A DNA stretch of 64,000 nt, from the NCBI GenBank assembly GCA_963749445.1, contig CAVVMJ010000003.1:64715-128714 (forward strand), given 5' to 3'. Positions 1-10,302 of the stretch are shown piece after piece (within the stretch, counting starts at the first letter, position 1; each line of letters starts with the position of its first letter). Position numbers and translations under genes: made by a program. Source of the DNA: an uncultured bacterium (GTDB lineage Bacteria > Patescibacteriota > Doudnabacteria > UBA920). Below the pieces are notes generated by a model, which worked only from the letters and a program-made list of their open reading frames with translations, searched no databases and had not been told where the DNA came from.

Positions 1-727
1 CAGATAGTTCTGGACAGAACTTTTAGGAATACCTGCTTTCTTGGCTGCCGTAAAAATCTTGGCGCCTAGTTCTATCTGCCGGATGAACTCCTGCTTGACT
101 TGCGTGGCCAAACGAGCTTTGTTCTTTATCGTCTGTTTGACCAACTCCCGTATTTTCATCTGCGTTTCGTCAAACACAACAACTTGTACTTGTTCGTTTT
201 TCCCGCCATCCGCCTTTTTAACTTTCTCTAGGCAATGATAGATGACTGTGTTGGAAATCCCTGCGTTTCTGGCCGCCGCCAAAAGCTTTCTGTGCGGCGT
301 CAAGTATCTGGGCCCTTGCTCCATCTGCCGTACGAATCTATTTTTGGCTTTCGGAGTCAGGTACCCGTTGTCCGCTATCAGCCGTTTAACCCCTTCCAGA
401 ATCCGCCCCTGCTCTTCATCAGGTACACAAACTTCATGTACCCTGCGCAAACAACGGTAGACCGAAGATCTGGAAATACCCGTTCCTTTGGCAGTTTTTA
501 GCAGAACCCCAGAAGCATCAAAAACATCTACGGACGCCCCCGAAAAAACAGCTCTTTTCTTCATCTGCCGGGCGAAACTCCGCTTGGCTTCCCGAGGCAG
601 ATAATTGTTTTGTGAAATCAGCCATACGGCTTCCCGCAGAATCTGGCCCTCGGTCAGGGTCTCGCTCTCACCGCCGGCCTTGCGGTTACTAACGCTATTC
701 ATATCTCCTTCGTAGTCTCTTAACTCC
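1..727 (-). CDS. partial CDS (first 242 aa, runs off the window start) made of three tandem ~65-aa helix-turn-helix-like repeats; possibly a transposase/IS-related or other DNA-binding protein
   Basis: Own reverse-strand translation from ATG at 727 (MELRDYEGDMNS...) with no stop before the window edge, so it is absent from the ORF track. Each of the three repeats carries L..R.F.RQM...AGIS.SSVY.CL. Confidence 0.4.
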
Positions 728-788
728 ATTTCCACCCCCTTATAATTGCCGCGTCTTAAAAGCGCGGAAACTGCGCTTTTCTCACATT

Positions 789-817
789 ATATTAGTGTTC
801 TAAGGAATGATTGTCAA
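789..817 (-). promoter_or_regulatory. sigma70-like promoter for the partial CDS at 1..727
   Basis: Reverse strand reads TTGACA, 17 nt, TAATAT, about 60 nt upstream of the ATG at 727. Confidence 0.4.
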
Positions 818-839
818 TAACGGAACTTTCCGAAAACCA

Positions 840-867
840 AAAACCCCTCCAACTTGGAGGGGTTTTA
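840..867. terminator. hairpin terminator downstream of the Big_2 surface protein gene
   Basis: aaaacccctccaacttggaggggtttt is a perfect stem with A/T runs on both sides, 47 nt past the stop at 915. Confidence 0.6.
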
Positions 868-914
868 AAAATCCGTGTTTATCCGTTTACCTTGATCCGT
901 GTCAATCTGTTTTT

Positions 915-3893
915 TTATTGCAAGCGCGAGTCGCCAACTGTCATGGGCGACATTATGGGTAGGGAAAAATCGTAATGGTTGGCCGGCACTATCCAGGCGG
1001 CTTGGCCGCCGTTGCTGGCAAACGTGTTCATATTCGGCACCGGAATCAGCCCGCTGTCGTGCACAAAATAGACTGTCTGCCCGCTTTTTATCCAACTGCC
1101 CCACGGATGCGAAGCCGCGGCTGTGCGCACGGTGTATCCGGAATCGGCCAGGCCGCTGCTGCCGACTTCCGCCACGTTCCCGAACTTAAAACCCAAAGCG
1201 CGGAATACGGCAGCCGAAACAAACCCGGTTTTGGTGTTTTGGTAAACAATGTACACCGTGCCGTTTTCCGAGATCAGCTGGCCATTGGCATAAATGGAAA
1301 CGCCGAGCACGCTGCTGCCGCTGCCGGAAGGATAAGTCAGATTGCCATTGGTTCCGACCGTGACATAAACGTTGGCGCAGCCGTTACTGCCGCCATAGTT
1401 CGAGCCGCTTTGGCAAATCACCACCGTGCTGTTGCCCGAAGCCAACCCTAACAAAACAATCTGGCTGCCGGAAACCGAGGCCGAAACCACATTGACATTG
1501 CTGTTACTGGAAACGCTCAAACCGTATCCGCTACCGTTGTAAGCGGTAACGTAAGCCGTTTGGCCGGCGCTTAAGCTGACGCTGGTCTGGCTTAAGGACA
1601 ACGTGCCGTTGCCGTAATTGTAACCGCCATTATAGCCGTAGCCATTGTTAACCGTCACGCCCAAACTACCGCACTGGCTGACGCCGTTTTGGCAAATGTT
1701 AAAAGTCGTATAGCCGGAGTTGGTGCCGGTAACAGTCAAGACGTTGCCCTGCATTACGGCCGAAGCCACGGTCGGCGCGGAATTTCCGGAAATGGAAAAA
1801 TTATAGCTGTACGGGCCGGTTACCGTTACATTGTTACTTTGACCAATTGTCAAATTCAAACTGGATGGGGTAAAAAAGATGTTGCTGCCATAATTGTATC
1901 CGCCGGACCCGGACACCGTCACATACAAAGTGCCACACTGGGCACTGCCGCTGGTGCAAACGGTAATATTGGATGTGCCAGAGCTGTTGGCATAAAGCGT
2001 CAGGGTATTTCCGGAAATGCTGGCCGAAACCACATTGGGACTGGTATTGGCGGAAATAAACAAACCGTAAGCGGCAAAATTATTATACACGGATACGCTC
2101 AGGCTTTGGCCGGCGTAAAGCGTGGGGTTACTTGGGCTGAAACTCAAAGTACCGCCCCCGCCGCCGTTTACCGTAACGTAAACCGTGCCGCAATTGCCGC
2201 TATAGCCGCTGGCGCAAATCGTAATGGTGCTGCTGCCGGCTGCCACGGAATTCAAATACACCACATTGCCGCTAATGGACGTGGACACGGCCGAAGGATT
2301 GGTGTTGTTGGATACATAAACCGTGCTGCCGTAGGAATTGTAAGCGGTAACCGTGGTATTTTGGCCGAGCGTCAGGCTAATGTTGGTCTGGCTCAAAGAC
2401 AGATTGCCGCTAACTCCTCCACCGCCCACGGTCGCGGTCAATGTCCCGCAAAATCCCAAAGAGCTGCTGCAAACGGTAATGTTGCTTGTACCGCTTTGAT
2501 TGGCGTAAAGGTTTAACACCGTGCCGGAAATGCTGGCCGAAACCGCGCCGGAATTGCTGTTGGAAGAGATATTATAATACTGTGCGGCGGTGCTGCCATA
2601 ATTATTGTAAGAGCTACTGTTAATGGACACGGCCAGGCTTTGTCCCACGTAAAGGCTCGGGTTTCCCGGGCTGAACCACAGGTTGGTATTGGTGCCCAAA
2701 ACGCCGCTGACTGTAACGTACACCGTGCCGCAAGTACTGCCGCCGGACGTACAAATTGTAACCGTGCTGGAGCCGGCCGCTAGACCGTATAAGCTGACTT
2801 GGCTGCCCGAAACGTTGGCCGAGACCGCGCCGCTGTTGCTGTTGCTGGAAACATAAAAACTCGGATTATAAATCGGCATGGAAGCGGTAACGGTAGTGGT
2901 TTGGCCAACATTCAGGCTCACGCTGGTCTGGCTTAAGGTTAAACCGCCCACGCTGCAGCCGTAAATCCCGCAGCCGCTACCGCTGCCGGAGACCGTAACA
3001 TAAACCGAGCCGCAGGTGCTGCCGCCGGACGTACAAATTGTAACCGTGCTGCTGCCTGAAGCCAAACCATATAAACTAATCTGGCTACCGGAAATGCTGG
3101 CCGAAACCGCGCCGCTATTGCTGTTGCTGGAAACATAAAAACTCGGATTGTAAATCGGCATTGAAGCCGTCACATAAGAAGTCTGCCCAACGTTCAAACT
3201 CACGCTGGTTTGGCTTAAGGTCAAGCCGCCGACTGAACAGCCGTAAAGCCCGCAGCCGCCACCGCTGCCGGAAACCGTCACATACACCGTACCGCAGGCG
3301 CTGCCGCTGGCGCAAATAGAAATCGTAGTGCTGCCCGAAGCCAAACCGTAAATATTGACCTGACTCCCGGAAACCGAAGCGCTGGCAACCGCGGAATTGG
3401 AGTTACTGGAAACATAAATAGTGTTGCTGTATCCATAAACGGGATAAGTCGCGGTCACCGCGGCGCTTTGACCCACGGACAAAGACAAACTGGACTGGCT
3501 CAAAGTCAATCCGCCCACGCTACAGCCGTAGTAGCCGCAGCCGCCGATGACAGGACCCGATCCGCTGCCCGAGACTGTATTGGATTGCTGTCCTCCCACG
3601 GTAACATAAATCTGCGACGCGCCGGAAAGGCCGTATGAACTGCTGCTGACATTGGTGGTAAAGTTGCCGCTGCCATCGGTATAGCCAAAATTGCTCACCG
3701 TGGTCGCCAGACTGCTGCCCGATGGCGTATAGCTTAGCTGAACGGAAGAATTAGGAGCGGCATTGCTCACGGTGAGTATTGAATTGCCGCCGTTGTTATT
3801 AACGGACAGAGTCGGATAATAAGCCGAGGCGCTCGGGGCCAAACCGAATACACTTAAGGCTCCAACAATGGCTAAAACCTTCAAATATTTCAT
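915..3893 (-). CDS. large secreted/surface protein of 992 aa with a signal peptide and about eight tandem Big_2-like repeats; C-terminal domain of unknown function
   Basis: N-terminus MKYLKVLAIVGALSVFGLAPSASA. Repeats of the form LSQTSVSL.VGQT..VTA...YVSSNSNS.V.....G.....GLA.GS.T..IC.SG..CG.VYVTV match the Big_2 consensus. Composition is Ser/Gly/Thr/Asn-rich. Confidence 0.8.
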   Translation of the reverse strand: MKYLKVLAIVGALSVFGLAPSASAYYPTLSVNNNGGNSILTVSNAAPNSSVQLSYTPSGSSLATTVSNFGYTDGSGNFTTNVSSSSYGLSGASQIYVTVGGQQSNTVSGSGSGPVIGGCGYYGCSVGGLTLSQSSLSLSVGQSAAVTATYPVYGYSNTIYVSSNSNSAVASASVSGSQVNIYGLASGSTTISICASGSACGTVYVTVSGSGGGCGLYGCSVGGLTLSQTSVSLNVGQTSYVTASMPIYNPSFYVSSNSNSGAVSASISGSQISLYGLASGSSTVTICTSGGSTCGSVYVTVSGSGSGCGIYGCSVGGLTLSQTSVSLNVGQTTTVTASMPIYNPSFYVSSNSNSGAVSANVSGSQVSLYGLAAGSSTVTICTSGGSTCGTVYVTVSGVLGTNTNLWFSPGNPSLYVGQSLAVSINSSSYNNYGSTAAQYYNISSNSNSGAVSASISGTVLNLYANQSGTSNITVCSSSLGFCGTLTATVGGGGVSGNLSLSQTNISLTLGQNTTVTAYNSYGSTVYVSNNTNPSAVSTSISGNVVYLNSVAAGSSTITICASGYSGNCGTVYVTVNGGGGGTLSFSPSNPTLYAGQSLSVSVYNNFAAYGLFISANTSPNVVSASISGNTLTLYANSSGTSNITVCTSGSAQCGTLYVTVSGSGGYNYGSNIFFTPSSLNLTIGQSNNVTVTGPYSYNFSISGNSAPTVASAVMQGNVLTVTGTNSGYTTFNICQNGVSQCGSLGVTVNNGYGYNGGYNYGNGTLSLSQTSVSLSAGQTAYVTAYNGSGYGLSVSSNSNVNVVSASVSGSQIVLLGLASGNSTVVICQSGSNYGGSNGCANVYVTVGTNGNLTYPSGSGSSVLGVSIYANGQLISENGTVYIVYQNTKTGFVSAAVFRALGFKFGNVAEVGSSGLADSGYTVRTAAASHPWGSWIKSGQTVYFVHDSGLIPVPNMNTFASNGGQAAWIVPANHYDFSLPIMSPMTVGDSRLQ
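1450..3560. repeat. tandem coding repeats with a 282-bp period; units at about 2590-3155 are near-identical at the DNA level
   Basis: Example near-identity: 2821 gagaccgcgccgctgttgctgttgctggaaacataaaaactcggatt versus 3103 gaaaccgcgccgctattgctgttgctggaaacataaaaactcggatt. Confidence 0.7.
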
Positions 3894-4114
3894 AGGGATG
3901 AGGATTAATTCTTAGGTTCTCTATTTTAAGCGGTTTTTTGATGTTTGTCAAGGTTAAATTTTGACCGTTTTTCGTCTTAAATACAACAAAAAATCAGGCT
4001 TTCCCCTCCTGATTTTTGGATTAAATAATCGACTACTTAATCCGAAATTCCCTTCTTTATTTGATTCTACACCTTTTCGGCAAAATAAAAAAATACACTA
4101 AAACCATCAAAAAA

Positions 4115-4140
4115 GGGACGGTTTAAAACCGTCCCCTACG
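4115..4140 (-). terminator. rho-independent terminator of gdhA
   Basis: Minus strand reads gggacggttttaaaccgtccc followed by a T-run. Confidence 0.6.
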
Positions 4141-4220
4141 ATGGCAGGCCGAGGGCCTGCGCTACATCTCAAGTTTATTTTTGCCGATGAATAGGCCCCC
4201 ACTCAGCGTCATATCAGCGA

Positions 4221-5450
4221 CTATTTCTCACCCGCGTCCAATATCCGCTTGGTGGCCAAAATGTAGGCCGCGTTGCGGAAGGTGGTTTTATATTTTTCTT
4301 TGACCTCTAACACATCGGTAAAAGCTTGCTTAATCTGCTTTTCCAATTTTCCCAAAACCTGGGCCTTGTCCCAGGACTCATCATGCATATTCTGATACCA
4401 CTCATAATAAGAAGTACAAACGCCGCCGCTGTTGGCTAAAATGTCCGGAATTACCGTGACGCCTTTTTTGGCAAAAACTTCGTCGGCTTCCGGTGTGGTC
4501 GGACCATTAGCCATTTCCACGATTAATTTTGCCTTGATTTTGCCGGCATTTTTTTCGGTTAAAACGTTTTCCAAAGCGGCCGGAACCAGGACATCGGCCT
4601 CCAGCTCCAACAATTGTTCGTTACTGATATTCTTTGAACCGATAAAGTCCTTAAGGCCGCCCGTGGATTTTTTGTGCGCGAAAACTTTATCCATATCCAA
4701 ACCTTCCGCATTGTAAATGCCACCCTTAGAATCCGACAGCGCGACAATTTTGTACCCAGCTTCAAAAGCTTTTTTGGCGAAAAACGTGGCCACGTTGCCA
4801 AAACCCTGGACCGCGATTCTCGCGCCCTTAGGCACGTCCATAATTTTTGATTCAACGAAACTTTCAAACACCCAATAGCCGCCAAAGCCCGTAGCCTCTT
4901 CACGGCCTTGGCTCCCGCCTTTGCCAATTGGTTTGCCCGTAAAAGTCGCCAGCGACTTACTGCCGGACATTTTTTGGTATTCCTCGGTCATCCAGGTCAT
5001 AATCTGGCCGTTGGTATTGACGTCGGGAGCGGGCACATCCACTTCCGGGCCGAGCAGTCGCCACATTTTTTGCACCCAGCCGCGCGACATTTTTTCCAGT
5101 TCCGTTTCGGACAGTTCTTTGGGGTTAACGATAATTCCGCCTTTGCCGCCGCCAAACGGCACGTTAACCACCGCGTTTTTAAAGCTCATCCAAAAACTCA
5201 GCGCCCGCACTTCGTCAAGGTTTACATCTTGATGATAGCGGATACCGCCCTTGTAAGGCCCGCGATTGTTGTTGTGCTGGCTCCGAAAACCCGTAAAAAT
5301 TTTCTGCCTGCCGTTGTCCATCATTACCGGAATGGAAACTTCCACGTACCGGTCGGGAACTTTTAACTGCTCAATTTTATTCTTGTCAAAGCCGGCAATC
5401 TGCGCCGCCTGCTCAAGCTGCTTTTTTGCGCTGTCAAAAGGATTATTCAT
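4221..5450 (-). CDS. gdhA: NAD(P)-dependent glutamate dehydrogenase
   Basis: GGGKGG motif and KGGIRYH...FWMSFKNA, typical of Glu/Leu/Phe/Val dehydrogenases; 409 aa. Confidence 0.9.
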   Translation of the reverse strand: MNNPFDSAKKQLEQAAQIAGFDKNKIEQLKVPDRYVEVSIPVMMDNGRQKIFTGFRSQHNNNRGPYKGGIRYHQDVNLDEVRALSFWMSFKNAVVNVPFGGGKGGIIVNPKELSETELEKMSRGWVQKMWRLLGPEVDVPAPDVNTNGQIMTWMTEEYQKMSGSKSLATFTGKPIGKGGSQGREEATGFGGYWVFESFVESKIMDVPKGARIAVQGFGNVATFFAKKAFEAGYKIVALSDSKGGIYNAEGLDMDKVFAHKKSTGGLKDFIGSKNISNEQLLELEADVLVPAALENVLTEKNAGKIKAKLIVEMANGPTTPEADEVFAKKGVTVIPDILANSGGVCTSYYEWYQNMHDESWDKAQVLGKLEKQIKQAFTDVLEVKEKYKTTFRNAAYILATKRILDAGEK

Positions 5451-5464
5451 TTTTTTTGAATTAA

Positions 5465-5488
5465 GAATTATGAATTATGAATTATGAA
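5465..5488. repeat. heptanucleotide tandem repeat (gaattat)x3.5 in the spacer between the DMT transporter gene and gdhA
   Basis: gaattatgaattatgaattatgaat; the flanks pair with cccataattcctaattcc to form a hairpin. Confidence 0.6.
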
Positions 5489-5510
5489 TGGGGACAAAAA
5501 CCCATAATTC

Positions 5511-6455
5511 CTAATTCCTGCTTCCTAATTCATCAGCCTGATTTTCTTTAGCTGATGATAAAACCAATAGTGTTACTGACCCTAATAATATCAAAGCTCC
5601 GACAATCTGCCAAGCCGACAGGGTAATGCCTAAAAATTTCCAGTTGACAACCGTTAAGGCCAAAGGATAGCCGAGCTCCATCAGCGTGGCCACCGAGGCT
5701 TTAGTATTGCGCAAACCGTAATAGTAGAGCAGCAGGGAGAAAAAGCCGGTGACCAGGGCAATAATAATTACGTTACGCCAAAAAAATGGCGTCATCTGAT
5801 GAAATTGGAAATGGTAGCCCACGGCTACGTAAACCGTTAAAAACAGCAGGCCAAAAACAAAGCGCATACCATTAACCAACTGCAAATCAACATCTGACAT
5901 CAAAGAGCGCCCGACCACGGTGCCGCCGGCCCACAAAATCGCGGCGCCCACGGCCAAAGCCGGGCCAAGCAGATGCAAATGGCCGGCGCTGGTCCATAGC
6001 CCGGCCGGTCCGGCCCAACCGAATGTTACCAAATAGGCGCCAATTAAAGCCGGAGCCGCAAACAGCCAAAATTTCGGAGAAAGCTTCTCTTTTAAAAATA
6101 TCACGGCCAAGCTTATTGCGAACAACGGCTGGAGTTTTTGCAAAAGCGCGGCTACGGTAAAATTATAATTCATAGCCACCGCGGCCTGCACGTACAAGAT
6201 CGCGCCCAAAGCCGAAGCCCCGGCGCCGATATAAAACAGCGCGGCCCATTGTTTTAAGGTCAATTTTTTAAAACCCGCACGCTTGGCAATTAGTCCGGGC
6301 AAACAAACAATACTGTTAATCAAATGCTCCAAAAAACCCACGAACGGCACGCTCAATCCGCCCAGCAGTAGCGGCTCGCGGAACGGCGCGTCCCCGGCCC
6401 ACAGCAGGGAGGATAAAAAAACAATCAGCGGCCCGGATTTTTTTTTGTCCATCAT
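5511..6455 (-). CDS. DMT/EamA-family membrane transporter
   Basis: 314 aa; two EamA-like halves of about five TM helices each. Confidence 0.55.
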   Translation of the reverse strand: MMDKKKSGPLIVFLSSLLWAGDAPFREPLLLGGLSVPFVGFLEHLINSIVCLPGLIAKRAGFKKLTLKQWAALFYIGAGASALGAILYVQAAVAMNYNFTVAALLQKLQPLFAISLAVIFLKEKLSPKFWLFAAPALIGAYLVTFGWAGPAGLWTSAGHLHLLGPALAVGAAILWAGGTVVGRSLMSDVDLQLVNGMRFVFGLLFLTVYVAVGYHFQFHQMTPFFWRNVIIIALVTGFFSLLLYYYGLRNTKASVATLMELGYPLALTVVNWKFLGITLSAWQIVGALILLGSVTLLVLSSAKENQADELGSRN

Positions 6456-6853
6456 AACGTTTTAACTGATTTAATGTCTTTTCTGATTTGCCTCTTTAGC
6501 TCGGCTTCGGATTTAAATTTTTTAAACGTCCTTATATATTTCTCCAGGCTGATGACAATTTTTTTACCGTACAAATCGCCTTTAAAATTTATCAGGTGGG
6601 CTTCAATTTTCGGCAGGCCGGTTTTATCAATTGGTCCGATGACAATAGCGGCGCGAAGCCTTCGATTCGGGCGGCCAATGGCCGCCCCTACAATCTCAGC
6701 AACTCCCCCGTAGACACCTAATTTGGTCTTCATTTTGTCCCTGATGAATTGCCGACGATCGATATTCGCCGTGGGAAAACCTAAAATCCTGCCGTATTGT
6801 TGTCCCTTGGTTACCCTGCCGCTGATTCTTATTGCGTTTTTCTTGATGGGCAT
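6452..6853 (-). CDS. riboflavin kinase (stand-alone RibF C-terminal-type domain)
   Basis: GRILGFPTANI matches the riboflavin kinase GRxLGFPTAN motif. The start codon and first four codons (MPIK) are encoded by the terminal inverted repeat of the MITE-like element. Confidence 0.7.
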   Translation of the reverse strand: MPIKKNAIRISGRVTKGQQYGRILGFPTANIDRRQFIRDKMKTKLGVYGGVAEIVGAAIGRPNRRLRAAIVIGPIDKTGLPKIEAHLINFKGDLYGKKIVISLEKYIRTFKKFKSEAELKRQIRKDIKSVKTL

Positions 6854-6941
6854 CTTCGTGGTTGTTCTATCCTCGACCGATATTTATCATTGGTCGATAA
6901 TTATTAGTCGGAGTTTGTGGAATTTCGAAGATGCCCATCAA
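6843..6941. mobile_element. MITE-like 99-bp element, copy 1 of 3, with 18-bp terminal inverted repeats
   Basis: Ends are TTGATGGGCATCTTCGTG ... CGAAGATGCCCATCAA; the interior carries CCGATATTTATC. Confidence 0.55.
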
Positions 6942-6956
6942 CTAATCAACCCTTAA

Positions 6957-7370
6957 TTACTTTATAGGCTCTCCGCGGTAAGCTATTCCAAAAAAATCCT
7001 TGCCCAAAATTTTTTCCGTCTCAGTTTTGGCCGCGCGGCTGTTGTACGTTAATACCACGTCGCCCTTGATAAATTCCGTACCACCGTCAAAAATCTTGCA
7101 TTTCAATTCTTCGGGCGCAAATCCCATTACGCCGGAAACCGCCTTCACCTTATTGACAATGCCTTGATGTTGACTGAAAGCTTTATCCACCTGGGGATAG
7201 AACGGCAGTTCTTCGCAGTCCAAAAAAGTTTCGCGGCGGTTGTGAATTAAATCTGCCCAGGCGATTTTAACCGGCCGCCAATTAGCAAAAAAATAAATAC
7301 CGGCAACGATCGCAGCGATAATTAGAATAACTGATATAATTTTTCCTATCCTTAACCAAGAAAAATCCAT
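6957..7370 (-). CDS. hypothetical membrane-anchored protein (137 aa)
   Basis: One N-terminal TM helix; no family recognised. Confidence 0.4.
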   Translation of the reverse strand: MDFSWLRIGKIISVILIIAAIVAGIYFFANWRPVKIAWADLIHNRRETFLDCEELPFYPQVDKAFSQHQGIVNKVKAVSGVMGFAPEELKCKIFDGGTEFIKGDVVLTYNSRAAKTETEKILGKDFFGIAYRGEPIK

Positions 7371-7378
7371 AGCTCCAC

Positions 7379-8462
<1,084 letters not shown>

Positions 8463-8487
8463 ATATTGTACCAGAACCGTCAAGGAC

Positions 8488-8516
8488 TTGACAAACTCCT
8501 TAAATATCATTATAAT
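8488..8516 (+). promoter_or_regulatory. consensus sigma70 promoter TTGACA-17-TATAAT
   Basis: cTTGACAaactccttaaatatcatTATAATgg. Confidence 0.65.
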
Positions 8517-8618
8517 GGCCGGTCCTCCGGAAGCGGTCCACACAAGACGTGGCGGGCCAAGTCGAGGCCCATATCCGGAAGACAAAGATCAATAAGGAGG
8601 AAAAAGAAAGGAGACTTT

Positions 8619-8891
8619 ATGTCCCCGACCTTGTTCCTATTGGTAGGACTGGCAACGGTAATGTTGTTTGGCGCCAAGTTTGACACCACACAACTGAAGG
8701 CAAAGCTGAAAAAGCGAGTGCCTCCCGTTAAATTCCTGCCAAGGGCGATAGGTTTAGCTCTCATAGCAGCCCAATGTTCGGAGCTGCTTAAGATGGTAGA
8801 GCAAACCTCACTCGTCCACCTGGTGGCCGCGCTGCTGTTGTTAGCAGTCATACTGGCCACCCGATCGGGAACAGAAGTCGGGACAGAGTAG
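8619..8891 (+). CDS. small membrane protein of about 90 aa with two predicted TM helices
   Basis: ATG at 8619 follows RBS aaggagg. The track ORF 8466..8891 begins inside the promoter, so its N-terminal extension is rejected. A GC-rich leader of about 100 nt precedes the gene. Confidence 0.5.
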   Translation: MSPTLFLLVGLATVMLFGAKFDTTQLKAKLKKRVPPVKFLPRAIGLALIAAQCSELLKMVEQTSLVHLVAALLLLAVILATRSGTEVGTE

Positions 8892-8939
8892 TCTCCTAGC
8901 GGGAGACTTTCTGCCTGTCAGAAGTTTCCTGATCAAAGA

Positions 8940-8975
8940 GCACCCAAATCCAATTGCGGATTTCGGGTGCTTTTT
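8940..8975 (+). terminator. rho-independent terminator
   Basis: gcacccaaatcc-aattgc-ggatttcgggtgc followed by ttttt. Confidence 0.7.
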
Positions 8976-8982
8976 AAAACGT

Positions 8983-9050
8983 CTACGGAGTACGGATAGA
9001 TTACGGATATACGGATCCGTAGTTCCGTATTCCATCCATACTCCGTAGAA
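8983..9050. terminator. nested palindrome / hairpin between convergent genes; probable htrA terminator
   Basis: ctacggagta...tactccgtag encloses tacggat...atccgta. Confidence 0.4.
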
Positions 9051-9055
9051 GAGAA

Positions 9056-10156
9056 TTACTGAAACTCCCCCAAAATCACCACGGCGTCATAACTTTGGCC
9101 ATCCCTGATATAAGTCAGCAAAATCTGCTGCCCCGCGGAATACTGCGCCAAAGCAGTGTCCAACTCGTTAAGCGCGTTAAGTTTTTGCCCGTTAACCGCC
9201 ACGATAACATCCCCGGCTTTAAGCCCCGCAGCGTCAGCGGGACTGCCGGCCGCGACTGATGATACGTACGCCCCCTGCGAAACCTTAACCGAAGACGGCG
9301 GAATTACGAATTGGCTCAAAGTGATAAATTGTACCCCCAAATAAGGACGCGAGGCCTTGCCAAAAGTCTGCAGCTGATGAACTACGTCTTTAATAGTATT
9401 TATGGGGATGGCAAAACCCAAAGCCTCGCCTTCGGTATCAATTAAAGTATTCATGCCCACGACTTCACCGGCCAAATTTATCAGCGGCCCGCCGCTGTTG
9501 CCCGGATTAATCGCCGCGTCGGTTTGGATTAAACCCTCCATGCGCGGCTGGGGTCCTGAGCTGGTGTCGGCAGAGTCCACGCTGCGCCCGAGGCCGGAAA
9601 CCACGCCGCGGGTCACGGTATTTTGGTATCGTCCCAAAGTATTGCCTATGGCAAACACGCTCTGGCCGGTTTCCAAACTCCCCGAATCGCCGAGCTTGGC
9701 CACGGGTAAATTACTGGCATCAATTTTCAGCAAAGCCACGTCGTCATATTTGTCATGACCCAAAATTTTAGCCGGATATTCGCTGCCGTCGTTAAACATT
9801 ACGGTATATTGCAAACCCGGGTCTTCCACCACATGGTTATTGGTCACAATCAAACCGTCAGCGTTAATGACAAACCCGGTGCCTTTGTCCCCCTGGGGCT
9901 GGGACTGGATAGTCGGCGCGCTGTCGTCCAAATTAACAGCCGTAGACGTACTGACTCCCAAAATGTCCACGACCGAGGCCTTAACCGTCCGCACCGCCAA
10001 AATCCCCTGCTGTTCGTCGGTCAGCGGCTGGTTTGCCGCAGGCTTAATGGGATTAAGATTAATTTTTTGCGCGATGCCGGAGTTAACAGTTAAAAATCCC
10101 GCCGCGATGAAAACTGCCGCTATTAAAATTAAATGGTACTTTTTTTTATGAGTCAT
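9056..10156 (-). CDS. htrA: HtrA/DegP-family serine protease (S1C) with PDZ domain
   Basis: GTGFVINADGLIVTNNHVV (His), D, and GNSGGPLINLAGEVVGMN (Ser); N-terminal TM/signal; C-terminal PDZ. Confidence 0.9.
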   Translation of the reverse strand: MTHKKKYHLILIAAVFIAAGFLTVNSGIAQKINLNPIKPAANQPLTDEQQGILAVRTVKASVVDILGVSTSTAVNLDDSAPTIQSQPQGDKGTGFVINADGLIVTNNHVVEDPGLQYTVMFNDGSEYPAKILGHDKYDDVALLKIDASNLPVAKLGDSGSLETGQSVFAIGNTLGRYQNTVTRGVVSGLGRSVDSADTSSGPQPRMEGLIQTDAAINPGNSGGPLINLAGEVVGMNTLIDTEGEALGFAIPINTIKDVVHQLQTFGKASRPYLGVQFITLSQFVIPPSSVKVSQGAYVSSVAAGSPADAAGLKAGDVIVAVNGQKLNALNELDTALAQYSAGQQILLTYIRDGQSYDAVVILGEFQ

Positions 10157-10302
10157 TTTATTAAAATTTAAAGATTTAAAAACGACATTTATGTCGTCCC
10201 GAGTCTGACGAGGGATCTCTCACTCGGATGCTACTGCTCGGGATGACAGCTATACAATAAATAATGATTTGTCAATTTTTATATTTTTCTATTTTTAAAT
10301 TA

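Noticed and set aside
1689-2516. 275-aa plus-strand ORF inside the Big_2 gene
   Set aside because: Antisense to a repeat-rich coding region; an open frame caused by biased composition.
8520-8615. Guanidine-III or fluoride riboswitch upstream of the small membrane protein
   Set aside because: Only a short ACAAGACG resemblance. The downstream protein does not look like an SMR/Gdx or CrcB exporter.
8466-8618. N-terminal extension of ORF 8466..8891
   Set aside because: The extension spans the consensus promoter and leader. The internal ATG at 8619 with an RBS is the credible start.
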